From Ginkgo biloba (lineage: Eukaryota; Plantae; Ginkgophyta): 39,777 nucleotides of DNA. The notes beneath the pieces were generated by a model. It searched no databases, was not told the DNA's origin, and saw only the letters and a program-made list of their open reading frames with translations. Shown here in pieces: positions 25,104-38,770 of the stretch. Every line of letters starts with the position of its first letter. The stretch's first letter is position 1. The DNA is taken from positions 114,620,872-114,660,648 of the forward strand of contig JANKJI020000004.1 in assembly GCA_024626585.2 (NCBI GenBank), given 5' to 3'. Both the position numbers and the translations under genes were made by a program.

Positions 25104-26956
25104 TGTAATAACTCACTCCTATAAACCTACACAATGGACTCATTAGACCTGCAACTAAATCGAGAAATGCATAGGAGAGTAAGACAACTATAAACTAAGT
25201 ATATAATGAAGGTTCATACAAAATAATCATTTAACCATGCTAATTTATGATAGTTTTTACTACATTATGTTAATTTTCATATTAAAAAGGAAGGGACTAT
25301 TAAACTAGGATTAACTTGTAGGTAGAATTCCAAACATATACAAGGGCTTGAATAAAGTAGGCAACCAAACCTCCAACACATAAATGCAACTATCGGCGCC
25401 TAGCAGTTATTACAAATCTACTAGAATCAACCCCTGAACCTTGCTTTGCCAAGGATGCTAGGCATAAGCCATCATGACATCCTTTTGCCATCAGGATATC
25501 CCTAATCATTAGGGTATCCACCTTTACTAATAGTTTTTTTGTTAACCGATTAAACCATAGGGCTACACTAATGACCCTAAGTCAAAAAATCCTATTGATA
25601 AAAGAAATCATCATGGATGCACCAATAGACCATAGAATATGGCTACAATAATAGCCATCTAGCTAATAGCTATACCACTAGCCATCATCCTTCTAACTAC
25701 AACTTTAGTTACAACTGGTATGAAACAACACAGATATCCATCCGGAGGCACCTTTAATAAAGGCATAATCATCTCCCCGAAAGGTCTCTAATTAGAGCTC
25801 TATCTTCCCTAAGCCAAGTCGATAAGGTTTTTGTAGTGGCAAGGTAGATAAATTTTAGCTATTAAATTTCAACATGTATGCACAAAATAAAAATCATCAT
25901 AGTACAACTACTATCTCTAAATGCATTAATTATCCCCTATGACTAAGGGTGTTCTACCTCAGATTCTATTGCACCTATTTGTAGGGCTTAAAACATTTCT
26001 AACCATGCATAAAACTCATAAATGCTATTCTACATGAAAACTATAGAAAATCTTTAATTNNNNNNNNNNNNNNNNNNNNNNNNNNNNNNNNNNNNNNNNN
26101 NNNNNNTCAAGATATACTTACAATGGTAAGAATTTACCCAGATGAATTAAAGAATTACACCTTCCAAAAAACATATATGTTGCAAAACATCATAAATCAT
26201 CTAAGTGTAATGCAACGTCTTCCTTGACAGATAATTTTGGGTGCTATCACTATGCAGAAATAGTTTGCTAGGTTCTCTAGAAGGGATATGACTTTAAGAT
26301 GAGGTTCGTTGGGCTCCAAATGATAGTAAGAAATGGATATAATACATCCAATGAGGTTCCCCTTCATCAACGAAGCGATCTAAGCAATTTCTGCTTGAGA
26401 ATATATTGTAAAAGTTGCTATACAAGAAGATCTCTTAGATCCAAATATGAAAGAAACAATGTCAAGAAAATGCGACTTGTATAAGAGAGTTTCTTCAATT
26501 AGAAATCAGAAAATGAGAGAAGAGACACACCTTGCAGATTATAACCCTAATAGGCAATCTCCTTTGAACCTAAATAAAAAGTGTCTTTAGGGAGATAGGA
26601 GGAAGGAAACTTCCTAAGAGATGAATAATGATGGGTTAAGGACAACCTAAGCTCCGACCAATCCCAATATATGCCAAATATACCAGGCACACTCCTCCAC
26701 ATAAGGGTTGAACTCTCCCTATGAGTTGCCCTATACTCCAAGGAACCCCTTATGGCTTTCAACTATCACAATTTACTCTCTAAAGAGAGTCACCCTCTGC
26801 TAGTGCACCTTTAAGGCCTAAGCCTTCACTCTTTTCTCTCTCCTCACAACTTTCTCTGGTAAACTAACCAATACACATGAACTGACCTCTAAGAAAAAAT
26901 TACCCTTTTTCTCCTTTCTTGAGATAAGATTCACTTGGCTTTTATAGGTTATAACA
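25104..26956 (-). mobile_element. Chromovirus LTR-A (~1.85 kb), 3' LTR of a minus-strand element
   Basis: TG...CA termini (tgtaata...ataaca); collinear with 27877-31008; PPT-like actcccta sits directly to the right. Confidence 0.8.
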
Positions 26957-27539
26957 TAACTCCCTACCCTATGGAAATCTTTGTCCTCAATAAGCCCAAC
27001 CTCTCAGATAAAACACAGTTGATTTCAAAGTGGCCTCTTCATCTTTCACACCCTCAAGTGCCTAAATAATTCATCCTTGGGTTTTCCAATAACATAGTTT
27101 TAATATAATTGCCCTTTGATTATCCTCATACGGACACAATTTCTTTCTTCACATCAATCATAAGATTATTAGGGCTTTCCAATATTTGAATATTCATCAA
27201 ATACATGGAACATGCATAGCTTTACTTGGAACATGCATAGCTTTCTTGGAATTCTTTCCATTTAAGTATTCATACATTGATTGCCATACTCATAACCTCA
27301 TGCTTGCAAAAGAATTTATTCAACAAACAACCATCATAAGCTCTTATGGAGTATCGATACCCTCTCATTCTTTTCTATTATCTGACATTAATATTTTTTC
27401 ATGTATAGAAGACTTATAAGCTTATTTCTATTACAACAAATGGGATTAGCAAGAGGAGGAATTATAACCTTTGATACCTTTCATTAATCATTTAGAGGAC
27501 TAACCTTTTAAATACAAGTTCAAAAAGGCATCTTAAATT
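26957..27539 (-). mobile_element. Degenerate integrase C-terminus/chromodomain and PPT
   Basis: Minus-strand remnants MHVPCI (FHVSxL), DEEATLK (EEATWE) and LIEDKDFHRVG just before the LTR. Confidence 0.6.
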
Positions 27540-27863
27540 NNNNNNNNNNNNNNNNNNNNNNNNNNNNNNNNNNNNNNNNNNNNNNNNNNNNNNNNNNNNN
27601 NNNNNNNNNNNNNNNNNNNNNNNNNNNNNNNNNNNNNNNCGAGTTGCCTCCAAGGAAAGGGATCATTATCTTGCTTATCCTTAGGAGGGTTTTCTTCCAT
27701 AGATTCCAATTCCTCTTGCTTCTTTCATCGAGGATAGGTCTTTAGTTGCTCCTCTTTACCGTCCTTCAATTCCCTCAACTTAACTCTCATAGCTTGCTTT
27801 TCTACTTACAATTATTTTAGAATTATCGATTCTACCTTTGGAATCTAAAACTACCTCCCTTGG

Positions 27864-27875
27864 GCTCTAGTACCA
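27864..27875 (-). promoter_or_regulatory. Degenerate tRNA-iMet primer-binding site of LTR-B
   Basis: Minus strand TGGTACTAGAGC versus canonical TGGTATCAGAGC, 1 nt from the LTR end; a possible gag start (KIMIPFLGGN) follows at about 27640-27700. Confidence 0.7.
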
Positions 27876-27876
27876 T

Positions 27877-30800
27877 TGTAATAGTCCACTTCTCTAAACC
27901 TAGAAAATAGACTTATTAGACCTATGACTAAATCAAAGAATGCATAAAAGACTAAGGCGACTTTAGTCATGCATTTATAAATGAGAAATAACCACAACTT
28001 AAGTATATAGTAAAGATCCATACAAAATTATAATTGAACCATGTTAATTTATGACAATTTTTACTTCATTGTGTAAAATTTTAGGTTAGTAAGGAAGGGA
28101 TTGTTAGAGTACAGTTGGCTTGCAATTAGGATTTTAAACAACTTCTGTTGGTTGTGGGGATCACTTAAGGGATTGAACAAAGCAGGCAACTAACCTCCGG
28201 TGCATATATGCAACAGTCAATGCCTAGTGGCTATTAGGGATCTTTTAGGATTGTCCCCTTAAACTTGCTCTACCAAAGATATCAAGCGTAGGCCATGATG
28301 GTCTCTTTTTTACATTAGGATAATCTTAATCATTAGGGTATCCACCCTTACTAAGAGTTTTGGGGTTAATAAGTTAAACTCTAGGGAAACACTAATAACC
28401 TTTAGCTGATAACTATACTGGTAGAAGAAATTACCATGGTTGTACAATAGACCATGCGACATGGATACAACAATAGCCATCGCACCAATAACTACTACAA
28501 TAGCCATCAACCCTACTGTTAGAGTTAAGAAAATTATTTATTCCTTAGTTCTATGTCTAAGTCCTTAGTTTTAGAATATAGTTTTTAAGTCCTAAGTCTT
28601 AAGTCTAAAGTCTAAATTATTAATGATATATTAAGTCATATGTATTAGGATTTATTAATGTTTAGGTGGTTATAGAAGTTATAGAATTTATGCAACTATA
28701 AATACTTATGGTTTGTTTATTATTTTTGTAGGTGAGAGATTGAGGGTTGATGATTCGATATTGCTGAGAGATGATCATGAACGTCATCATTATAATATAC
28801 CTTATGCAATATTTTTCCACTTAACATAATATTATTTTGAGTCTTGGTGAAAAAGTATTTGTTGAATGTGGTATTTTATCTTGTGGATATTATCCAATTT
28901 ATTTCCAATTGTATTAGAGATACCTTTTAGGGAGAGCTTCCAGGCCCAAGATAAGGAGAAATCAAGGAGACGAAGAAGGAGATTCTCAAGGAGGCAAAAA
29001 AGAAGGATATCCTCAAGTATGAGAAATAAAATAATATTCTCAAGGATAGAATCATGGAGCATGCTAATTCATACCTAAATATTCAAATTCAAAAATTTTA
29101 GAGACGAAGTGGAAAGTTGCTGATGTGGCTCAATCATAGGCTACCACATGTCATTCGGAAGCAAGTTGTGATTCACATTTTTTTAAGCTATTTTTTATCA
29201 GGCGAGGGCGACCAAAATCCCCTAAGAAATTTGAAGAAATTCTATATAGATTGAAATATATTTGAAGAAGAATTTCTGGGAGGCCATTTTGTAGGATATA
29301 ATAAATTATTAATAAAACAACCATCATTCTTTATGAAGTTTTTATGGATGATCATTATGAGGAGGTAGTCAATAGACTCTAAAAAGTTCATATGACACGA
29401 TTTTAATGGAATTATAATTAGATAGTAATTCATGATTTTCTTGAAGACAAAGCCAAATTTATCCAATCCAATTANNNNNNNNNNNNNNNNNNNNNNNNNN
29501 NNNNNNNNNNNNNNNNNNNNNNNNNNNNNNNNNNNNNNNNNNNNNNNNNNNNNNNNNNNNNNNNNNNNNNNNNNTGAGAGTTGATAATTTGACATTGCTA
29601 AGAGATGATCATGAATGTCATCATGATCATAGACCTTATGTAATGTTTTTCCACTTACCATAATATTATTTTGATTCTTGGTGTAAATCTCTTTTGTTGA
29701 ATGTGGTATTCGATCTTGTAGATTTTGTTCAATTTATTTCACACGTACAACTACTCCTACGTTGCAACTGGTAATAAATAACATGGATATCCATTCAACC
29801 AATTATGTTGAAAATTCGACTACTAGTTAGCCCAAAAAATACATGGAAGGAATAAAATCCATCCTCATACAGAGGCACCTTTAATTAAGGCATAATCATT
29901 CCTTTGAAGGTATTTGATTGGAGCCCTATCTTCCTTGAGCCAAGTCACTAGGGTTTCTATAGTAGTGACGTAGGAAATTTTTAGAAATTAAATTTTATAT
30001 ATGCATAAAATTAAAATCATTACAATATAACTGCTATCTCTTAATGCATTAATTAGCCTTTATGACCAAGGGCACCCCATCTCAAGGGTTTTAACACACC
30101 TATTTGCAAGGTTTAGAACCTTTCAAACTATACATAGAAGTCATAAATATTATTCTTTATGAAAATGACAAAAAATTCTTTAACTTATATATAGTTACAG
30201 TTATAATAATAATAAAGTTATAGTTCAAGATATGCTTATAACAATAAGAAATTACCTAGATGAATTGAAGAAATACACCTTCTAGAACACTTACATGTTC
30301 TAAAACATTAAAAATTAACCAAGTAGAATGCAATAACTTTCTTGAAAGACAATTCTGGGTGTTATTACTATGCAAAAATAATTTGTTGGGTTCTTTAGAA
30401 GGGTTGCTACTTCAAAATGAGATTCGTTGGACTTTAAATGATAGGAAGAAATGGATTTGATACCTCCAATGAGGTTGCCCTTCACTAAGGAAAGATCTGA
30501 GCAATTTCTCCTTGAGAATATGCAATAAAATCACTGTACAAGAGAATCTTCTTGTTATAGATATGAAAGAAATAGATAGTGCCTAGAAAATGCTACTTGC
30601 ATGAGAGAGATTCTTCAGCCAAAAGTCAAAAAATGATCAAGAGAAGAGAGGCGCCTTGCAGAGAATAATAGTAAGGTGTCTTAAGTGTTGTCTAAGCTTG
30701 GAGAAGCCCTTATTATAACATAAGATAGGCATAATCTACCACATAAGGGCTAGGCTTAACCTTGGGGCTGCCCTCATAGCCCAAGGAGCTCTCTGTGGAC

Positions 30801-31008
30801 TTCCTTTGGCAGAAATTACATCATGAAGGAAGGCGCCCCCAACTGGAGCACCCTATTTGCCTTACTCTTCACAAGTTTCCCTCTTTTCAATACCTTGTAT
30901 GGAGTGCTTACCAACGTCTACAAAATGCATGCACTAGCCTTTAAAGACAACTTAGGCTTTTTCATACTTACTGAGATAAGACTTACTTGACTTTCTTGGG
31001 CTGTAACA
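27877..31008 (-). mobile_element. Chromovirus LTR-B (~1.9 kb net), split by a nested element
   Basis: tgtaatag...ctgtaaca termini. 27877-28516 and 29749-31008 align in order with LTR-A. PBS on the left and PPT (tccctcccc, 31009-31017) on the right. Confidence 0.82.
28517..29743 (+). mobile_element. Nested LTR retrotransposon with short (~390 bp) LTRs; most of the interior is lost in a gap
   Basis: TG start at 28517; 5' LTR ends at about 28907; decayed PBS ttgtattagag at 28909-28919. 28745-28905 repeats at 29580-29743, ending in CA. TSD cctac/cgtac (4 of 5 match). Confidence 0.8.
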
Positions 31009-32810
31009 TCCCTCCCCGTTTTGCGGAGATCATTGCCCTCAATAAGCCTAACTTAGCAAAAGGTTGTTGACTCCCAAGTAGCTTCTCCAAAGGCTTATTT
31101 GACCATTCCATAAGGTAGTCAACAATATATCAGTTTTGCAACCTTCGTGTCCTCTCATCTAATATAGCAATTGGATCGTGTACCTCTCGTTTTACGTCTT
31201 ACACGTGCACATATGGAGGTAAAACATTATTGTGGCTAGACATGGCTTTCCTTAGAAAACTCACATGAAAAGATGGGTGCATTTTGAAAACACCTAATAT
31301 CTCCAAGTCATTTGNNNNNNNNNNNNNNNNNNNNNNNNNNNNNNNNNNNNNNNNNNNNNNNNNNNNNNNNNNNNNNNNNNNNNNNNNNNNNNNNNNNNNN
31401 NNNNNNNNNNNNNNNNNNNNNNNNNNNNNNNNNNNNNNNNNNNNNNNNNNNNNNNNNNNNNNNNNNNNNNNNNNNNNNNNNNNNNNNNNNNNNNNNNNNN
31501 NNNNNNNNNNNNNNNNNNNNNNNNNNNNNNNNNNNNNNNNNNNNNNNNNNNNNNNNNNNNNNNNNNNNNNNNNNNNNNNNNNNNNNNNNNNNNNNNNTCA
31601 TGTGGGTCCTTAACTTTTAATTCTTTCAGGATATCAACTCTTATTGATGGTAATTTTTATCCATGTTATGCGAGGAATGATGACATCTTTGTTGATACAT
31701 GGTGCTTTATGTTGTACTAGTATTTTGTCGAATGTAACCATTTTACCCATTTTCTTTGTTTATGTCTCATGTAAGTTTCTTAAGTATTCTTTAAGGCATT
31801 TATTCACTATTTTTTTTGTCCATCTATCTGTGGGTGGTATGCTATGTTCCTATTAAATTTTGTTTTATCTAGACAAAAGATATCTTACCAGAAGTTGCTT
31901 GTGAATTTTGGGTCTCAACCACACTATTCTTTTTGGAAATCCATGATATCGGTGCACTTCTTTTTAAGTATACTAATCGCAGTGCTTTATACTTTGAGCT
32001 TACGACTATAAAGTGTGCATATATTTTAGTCGATTAACCACCACTAGGATTGTGTCTTTTCCTTCTAATTTAGGTAACTCTATTAAAAAATCCATACACA
32101 TTTCATTCCATTTTTGGTTTGGAATATTGCATGGTTGGAGTTTACCTAGTATTGCAACATTTTTGAATATTTGTCTATGGCATTCATAACATTCTGCAAT
32201 AATTTTTGCGATGATGAATTTTCTTCTTCGCTAGAAAAATGTCTTGTTTGAGTTGTGGTATGTCTTCTTGAGTTTATTGTTTGTGTTACACGACTTTCTT
32301 CAAGTGCTTTAATAATGAATTTTAATCCTCCGTTCAAGTATATTTGCTCTTTATATAAGATAGCTCCATTTTGAAGTGACCATCAATCATCCTTTTCACT
32401 ATTCTTTATATCTTTTATCAGATTGCATGTCTTTGTATCCATTGCATATTCGTTTTGGACTTCTTTTATCCATGCTAGCTCTATTATGGAAATTGCACTT
32501 AGGGTTGCATCTAAAAGAAAACGTGTCTTCCACGACATTCTCCTTTCCCTTCTTGTAGGTTATGTCGAAGTTCAAAGCTTATATTTTATCAATAATTTCT
32601 TTTTCTTATCCATTAATGATTCTTATTGCAGAAGATATCACAGGTTTCTATGATAAATCTTTGCCTCAAATTTGTTGTTGAGGAGGGTGCCATTTCTCTA
32701 ATTATTATGAACATTTTTTGTTGTAAGTTCGTAATTGCCTTTCTTTGTCATTTAAATTTGTCCTTTTAAAGGCTATAGGTTGTCCTATGTTGTTGAGTGC
32801 ACATCCTCAT
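31009..32810 (-). mobile_element. Degenerate chromovirus (Reina/Tekay-like) pol: RNase H, integrase, chromodomain, PPT
   Basis: GQPIAF; NFDITYKKGKENVVEDTFS; LQNGAILYKEQIYL; GKLQPCNIPNQKWNEMCMDFLIELPKLEGKDTILVVVNRLKYAHF; KMHPSFHVSFLRK; DPIAILDERTRRLQN*YIVDYLMEWSNKPLE/ATWE; LIEGNDLRKTGR. Confidence 0.9.
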
Positions 32811-33594
32811 CTGACTGGGTACTTGAATTAGGAATGGTGCCTATACTCGAGACATGGGGATGTGTATGGGCTTTGCCCAATATAGACATGCCTAAGTGAC
32901 CTCCCCATTGGGATACATAACTGTCCCCTTCAAAGAAACCTAAAGCAAACCCCCTTAAGAAAGTAGAAAAAGAATGAAATTAACTTGCATTAATCGTAGG
33001 CTACTTGTTAACTAGAGCTACCTAATAGAGCACCTTTCACTAACCCTAGCTCACTATTTTAAAAGTGAGTAAGAATTGGAAAAAGAAACAACTTGTTGCC
33101 ATTTTACTTTTAGTAGATTTTAGAGGAATTGTGGGCATCCAATAAGGAAGAAGAATAATGTTTCTCAACTTAGTTCTTCATCGTTTAACAAGGAGGAGAC
33201 AAAGGAGTGACTAGTTTTTTATTTATCAAGCAAAAATCAAGTGGATTTTAGACATTTGGAAAACACACTTCTTGATCATTCATTTTGTGACTCTACTTAT
33301 AGTTCTTAGGGTTTTGTTGTTTATACATTTTAACATTAATGATTCATCGATTTATGAATCATGATTCTAGATATTATGACTTTGATGTTGACATGTATCT
33401 CAAATTCTCAATGTACCTATGGATGGTTTATGGTTTGGATGGATTATTTGTGTCTCTTGTATTTCTGTTTCAATGTTTATGCATTGATAACCATTGATAT
33501 TATATGGATGCACACTGAATGTAATCATCTAAGTTTCTCAATTATTTAAAATTACTAATAAACTAATCCTTTACCCATGGAAAATAATTTTTAT

Positions 33595-33990
33595 AATTCA
33601 TGTGGCTCTCTATTCCCATATTCCATCTCTATCCCCTATTTCAATATCATATTTTATCTTGTTCTTTGTCTACTGTATCCTATATTTTCCTTGTCTCATA
33701 TATAACCTTCCATCTTATTCTTTCCCCATCTTCCATCATATCCCCATATCTTATTTTTTTTCTCAGTGGTATTGTTTTATATCTCACCTTTAGTTTTATC
33801 TTCCATCTTGTTTCCATATCCTCTCTATTCTCTATTCATGTCTAACTTTTATTCTTTATTTCTACCTCCATTCTCTATTTTTTTCTCATCTCCCATCTCA
33901 TTTTTTTTGTCCATGTCACTCTCTATTATTCTTGTCTTATCCCCCACCTTACATCTCATTCTTTTCCTATCCTCCATCTTGTTCCCTTCT
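33595..33990. repeat. Pyrimidine-rich (CT/T) low-complexity tract
   Basis: The plus strand is nearly G-free, with recurring tccatctt/ctctatt words. Confidence 0.8.
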
Positions 33991-34090
33991 NNNNNNNNNN
34001 NNNNNNNNNNNNNNNNNNNNNNNNNNNNNNNNNNNNNNNNNNNNNNNNNNNNNNNNNNNNNNNNNNNNNNNNNNNNNNNNNNNNNNNNNN

Positions 34091-34711
34091 TCTCTAAGAA
34101 TGGAGGAAGCACCTTCTTCTAAAGTTCTTTGCTTTTGGGAGGAAGATAACTAGAAAAAGCTAAAGATGACTAAGTCCAATTGAGAGGAAGTTTGGCCCCT
34201 TATAATGCTTAAACTTATGACTTGCATCTGGCTTCCATTATGTTGGTTGTGGATATTATTTAAGCTCCCAAACACACCTTACTACTTAGAACTGCAATGC
34301 TCTTATTTTTTTCTTACTTGTAAGGCTTAACTAAATTGCTCAAGGGTCCTTAAGTTCTTTAACATGTAGGCTTCTTGGGTATTCTTCTTCTAAGGACTTC
34401 TTGTGTTTAAAAACACAACATTCTTCCTAAGAGAGCATCTTTACAACTTATAAAAATTATAGCTCAGAGATACTTTCCCCCCATCCCAACACATGTAAGC
34501 ATGGCTTATGTAAGGGAGGTATATTTTCCCCACACATACTCACACATGTGCCAATACCAATCCATGGGGACCATTCACAAAAAGGAGAGAAAATGTGAAA
34601 GAAATACATCAAGATCAATTTCTTAATCCCCCTCAATGTGTGTAACAAGGTAAAAAAAGGGGAGGTAGGAATTTGCATGTCACCTCCTCACATCTAGATC
34701 GGGGCCCCACA
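34091..34711. mobile_element. LTR fragment with terminus ...ggggccccaca, partly homologous to 24890-25103
   Basis: Homology within the window plus a CA terminus (minus strand TGTGGGGCCCC). Confidence 0.55.
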
Positions 34712-37700
34712 TTTGTTAAATAGGAATAAAGTTGGAGAGATTATACCCTCCAAACTTCAAATAAATCAATATGAATATGCAATAGAATAAAATACATATG
34801 CAATGAGATCAATGTCTTATACTTAAAAAAATGGAACCTAAACAAGCAAGTTCTCAAATCGCAAAAACTAGCATGTACCAAACTGCAACCTATACCATAT
34901 GCAAAGTTGCTAATTGGGATGATGTATATAAATGCCATCATGGCATATCCAAATGTTGTTACTCATAATTACCTATAAAAACTGTCATCCATTCCATATA
35001 AACAATGTTGCCTCCTGCCACATGTGCCACATAACTCCATCTATATGCACTAAATTGCTAATTAGAACATTTAGAGAACTGCCTCTTACAACATATGGCA
35101 ACTAGTGGGGGCCGCACGTTGAGAAATTAAGACCTTTGGTGTGAATAAAATGATGCCTTCTCAAAGAGATTTGCATACATTTATGTTGGTGAAGGGGTGA
35201 TTCCACTCGGTAAAATGGAGAAAGGACAAGATGAGTGAAGGAAACAAGGTGTGGAGGTCAAAGTCACATAACACATGTCAAAGATAATGAAATGAACCAA
35301 TAAGGTTTGGGGTCATTTTAACACGATGGATGATTTGGGGTGGTGATGTGACATCCAACAAGAAGGGGATTACACAACACTAGCTATAGAAGTAGTTATA
35401 TTGATAAGGTGACCATACTTTAGTACATGGAGGAATGGAGGATGCAAGAGAAAAATCAAGCATGTCAGAGAAAGGGCTACACAATAATCATAAAGTAGGG
35501 TGAGGGACAATAGATGAGAGAGAACCCCACTTGTTTAATGGTGGTGTTGAAAAGTAAAACTGAATACGACAAGCAAAGTGTAGCAAGTGATAGTAGAACA
35601 AGGAAGGAAGTAGGGCACACAACTTTTCTACTTTTGTTGAAATGCCACTTTCTATTTTTTTCCCTTTTTTCTTATGTTGTAGCTTTCCACTTTTTCCTTT
35701 CTTCTCCTCCCAAAATTTGGGAGTAGGATGGGGTCCACTTTTTCTACTCCCAAACCCACAATTGCACTAGGGTCACAACTTTCCAACTCTACCATAATAT
35801 ATTGAAGAGGTTCAACTAGAACTGCCTCATCCTATCACATGGCGACTCCATCCAAGAATAAACATACCATTGAGAAAGAGGAGAAATTTCCATTCTTTAC
35901 ACACCTAGAATAGAGAAGATCCATGTGCAAACATGTCTAAAGCTATGAGAGGAATAATTATGGGTATATCATTATTATACAATATAAACATTCATGAGAC
36001 ACATTTTTTAACTTTATTTTGTTCTTCATAACACTTTATATAGTTGTCTAAATCAAATTAAAAATCAAAAAATTATANNNNNNNNNNNNNNNNNNNNNNN
36101 NNNNNNNNNNNNNNNNNNNNNNNNNNNNNNNNNNNNNNNNNNNNNNNNNNNNNNNNNNNNNNNNNNNNNNNNNNNNNNNNNNNNNNNNNNNNNNNNNNNN
36201 NNNNNNNNNNNNNNNNNNNNNNNNNNNNNNNNNNNNNNNNNNNNNNNNNNNNNNNNNNNNNNNNNNNNNNNNNNNNNNNNNNNNNNNNNNNNNNNNNNNN
36301 NNNNNNNNNNNNNNNNNNNNNNNNNNNNNNNNNNNNNNNNNNNNNNNNNNNNNNNNNNNNNNNNNNNNNNNNNNNNNNNNNNNNNNNNNNNNNNNNNNNN
36401 NNNNNNNNNNNNNNNNNNNNNNNNNNNNNNNNNNNNNNNNNNNNNNNNNNNNNNNNNNNNNNNNNNNNNNNNNNNNNNNNNNNNNNNNNNNNNNNNNNNN
36501 NNNNNNNNNNNNNNNNNNNNNNNNNNNNNNNNNNNNNNNNNNNNNNNNNNNNNNNNNNNNNNNNNNNNNNNNNNNNNNNNNNCACCCTAAAGCATGTCAT
36601 AATGATTAGAGAGGATGATCTTTTAAGAATAGTGGTCCAAGAAATTGTCATGGTACGTGGATTGTATCCATGTCTAGAAACTGTTAGGGAAGTCTTGTGG
36701 GGATGATCAATAATTGAAATTAAAAAAAGGGTTAGATGTGTTTGATTATGCATTTGCTTAAAGGAATAACACATTTCTAAAAGAAGGGTGTCGTTGTTGT
36801 ATGCCAAAGGAAAGTCAATTTGAGAATTTGCTCAAATCTATCCAATTCAAATGCACTTATGACATGACCTATCCATAAAAAGTGATGCTAACCCATTTTA
36901 CTAGACTAAGGGCGTTAAACTTTATTGAAGTGATAAAGGTACTTTTTCCTAAAGGGATGAGATTTACTTGCCTCAATCATTAATGTTAATTGCATAGTAT
37001 TTCTTAGTCACTCCTAACAAGTTGTGGTTGTTAGTGTTAAACCCTTTGAGACGGCTAACATCATCCATAGCTAGAATTGAGTGTGTAATGGTAAATGGAA
37101 TCTTAGAAAATGATAGTAGCTCCAAGAATTGAGACATAGGATAGTATAACTTTTGAAGTGGTATGATGCTCTTCAAAATGGTCGCAAACACTCGAGGGAG
37201 CCATGGGGTTAACATAGTTATAACCTTCTTGTTGTTTGTTATGGCAAAGGGATTTTAGGGATATATATAAATGGTAAAGGGTCGAACGATGGACCATCAT
37301 CAACTTTTACATGGATGGCATATCAAATGATGATTTCAAAGGATAATTGACCTATAATTACACAATTGCACTCTTCCCTTATATGTATGGGCCCTTCATA
37401 GTTTTTGCACTAGATCAAAGAGGGAGATGTATGTGTTAGTTTAGTATGGAATGGGGTACTCACTTATGTTCTTATGGTGATTGATGGTAGGTTGATTCAT
37501 GGCCTCTCATTGAGAAACTGAGGTTGACATTCAAATTAAAGTGAAGGGTTCCTTGATGATCTAACACCCTCATGATACACAACATTCTTTAGATAAGAGG
37601 CTATACAAGTTGGTCTTATTGTATTTTAATTAATGGAGGTTGAGATGTAATTAATAAGATCCCTTTAGCATGTATAATAGGTCGATGTGAGAAATTGGTC

Positions 37701-38429
37701 CTCCTAGAAAAAAGTGAGGTTGTGCTTTGATGTGAATTAAGTATGTTATTCTGGTTACTTCATGTAAGGATTATTAAACCATTTTTGTACTCAATGGAAA
37801 ATTGGATTACCTCCAAAACATTAGAGGGTCGTTGTCATCTTACAACTAAAAGAGCTTAAGTGTCTAAACCTTAAATAAGTTCATTAGAAGGATTCTTGTT
37901 TTTAGTCTACCTCCCATACTAGCTTTTGAGATTTTTAAAGTGATGTGAGGCCAATGTGGAAGGGATGAATGGATCCCCTTGAATACTCGAGCGAAAGACT
38001 TGTAATAGATTCGGCTCACAACAAAGATGAATCAATAAAGAGGGACAAAGAGACACTCAAAGATTTATAATAATAAACATGAATTCCATCAAGCAAATTC
38101 CAAGAATCTCTTGTTGATTTTTCAACTCTCCTCACACATGCATAGGAAAACTCTTCATTAGTGAGAACGGTATTACTTATAATTATTTATGAAGCTTTTT
38201 AAGTCCCAATTTAGAAACCCTAAATCTAATTAAAGAATATTCTATTACATCACTATCTCATATTACATGCATGGAAAGTGACTTGTCTTAGTCATTTTGT
38301 GGATAAAATAATGTACATGCTGTTGAGNNNNNNNNNNNNNNNNNNNNNNNNNNNNNNNNNNNNNNNNNNNNNNNNNNNNNNNNNNNNNNNNNNNNNNNNN
38401 NNNNNNNNNNNNNNNNNNNNNNNNNNNCT

Positions 38430-38770
38430 AGGACCATAGTTGGTGAGTTGGGTTGAGGGAGTGGATCCAACGATGGGCCCATTGTTGCCACATAATGATG
38501 AGTTCCCGCCATACAACCTTACATTTCTTGATGTGTTCTTTGACGAATTCTTTTGGAAGATGTGTAGGTAGTTGAAGAAGATGGTTGTGGACGAAATGTA
38601 ACTCGAAGTACAAGCATAGTTGTGGCCAATAAGAGAATTCTTCACAATGCGCTAGAAACCAGCTAAACAAGTTTCCTTCTAAGGTCATGAAAAATATGGT
38701 CTTCCATTTTTGCCATTCCTAGAGCTTATTGTTCATCCACATTTTAATACAATGTTGCACATGTTGTTCT
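38430..38770 (-). mobile_element. Retrotransposon gag remnant
   Basis: QHVQHCIKMW...WKTIFFMTLEGNLFSWF...YWPQLCLYFELHF resembles the Retrotrans_gag pattern F..TL.G.A..WF...W..L...F...F. Confidence 0.5.

Noticed and set aside
32812-32916. Possible Cassandra/TRIM LTR with 5S-like gtgacctcc
   Set aside because: Only about 9 nt of similarity, with no second LTR or rest of the 5S internal promoter.
33600-34153. Hydrophobic membrane-protein-like ORFs
   Set aside because: Produced by the CT-rich low-complexity tract.
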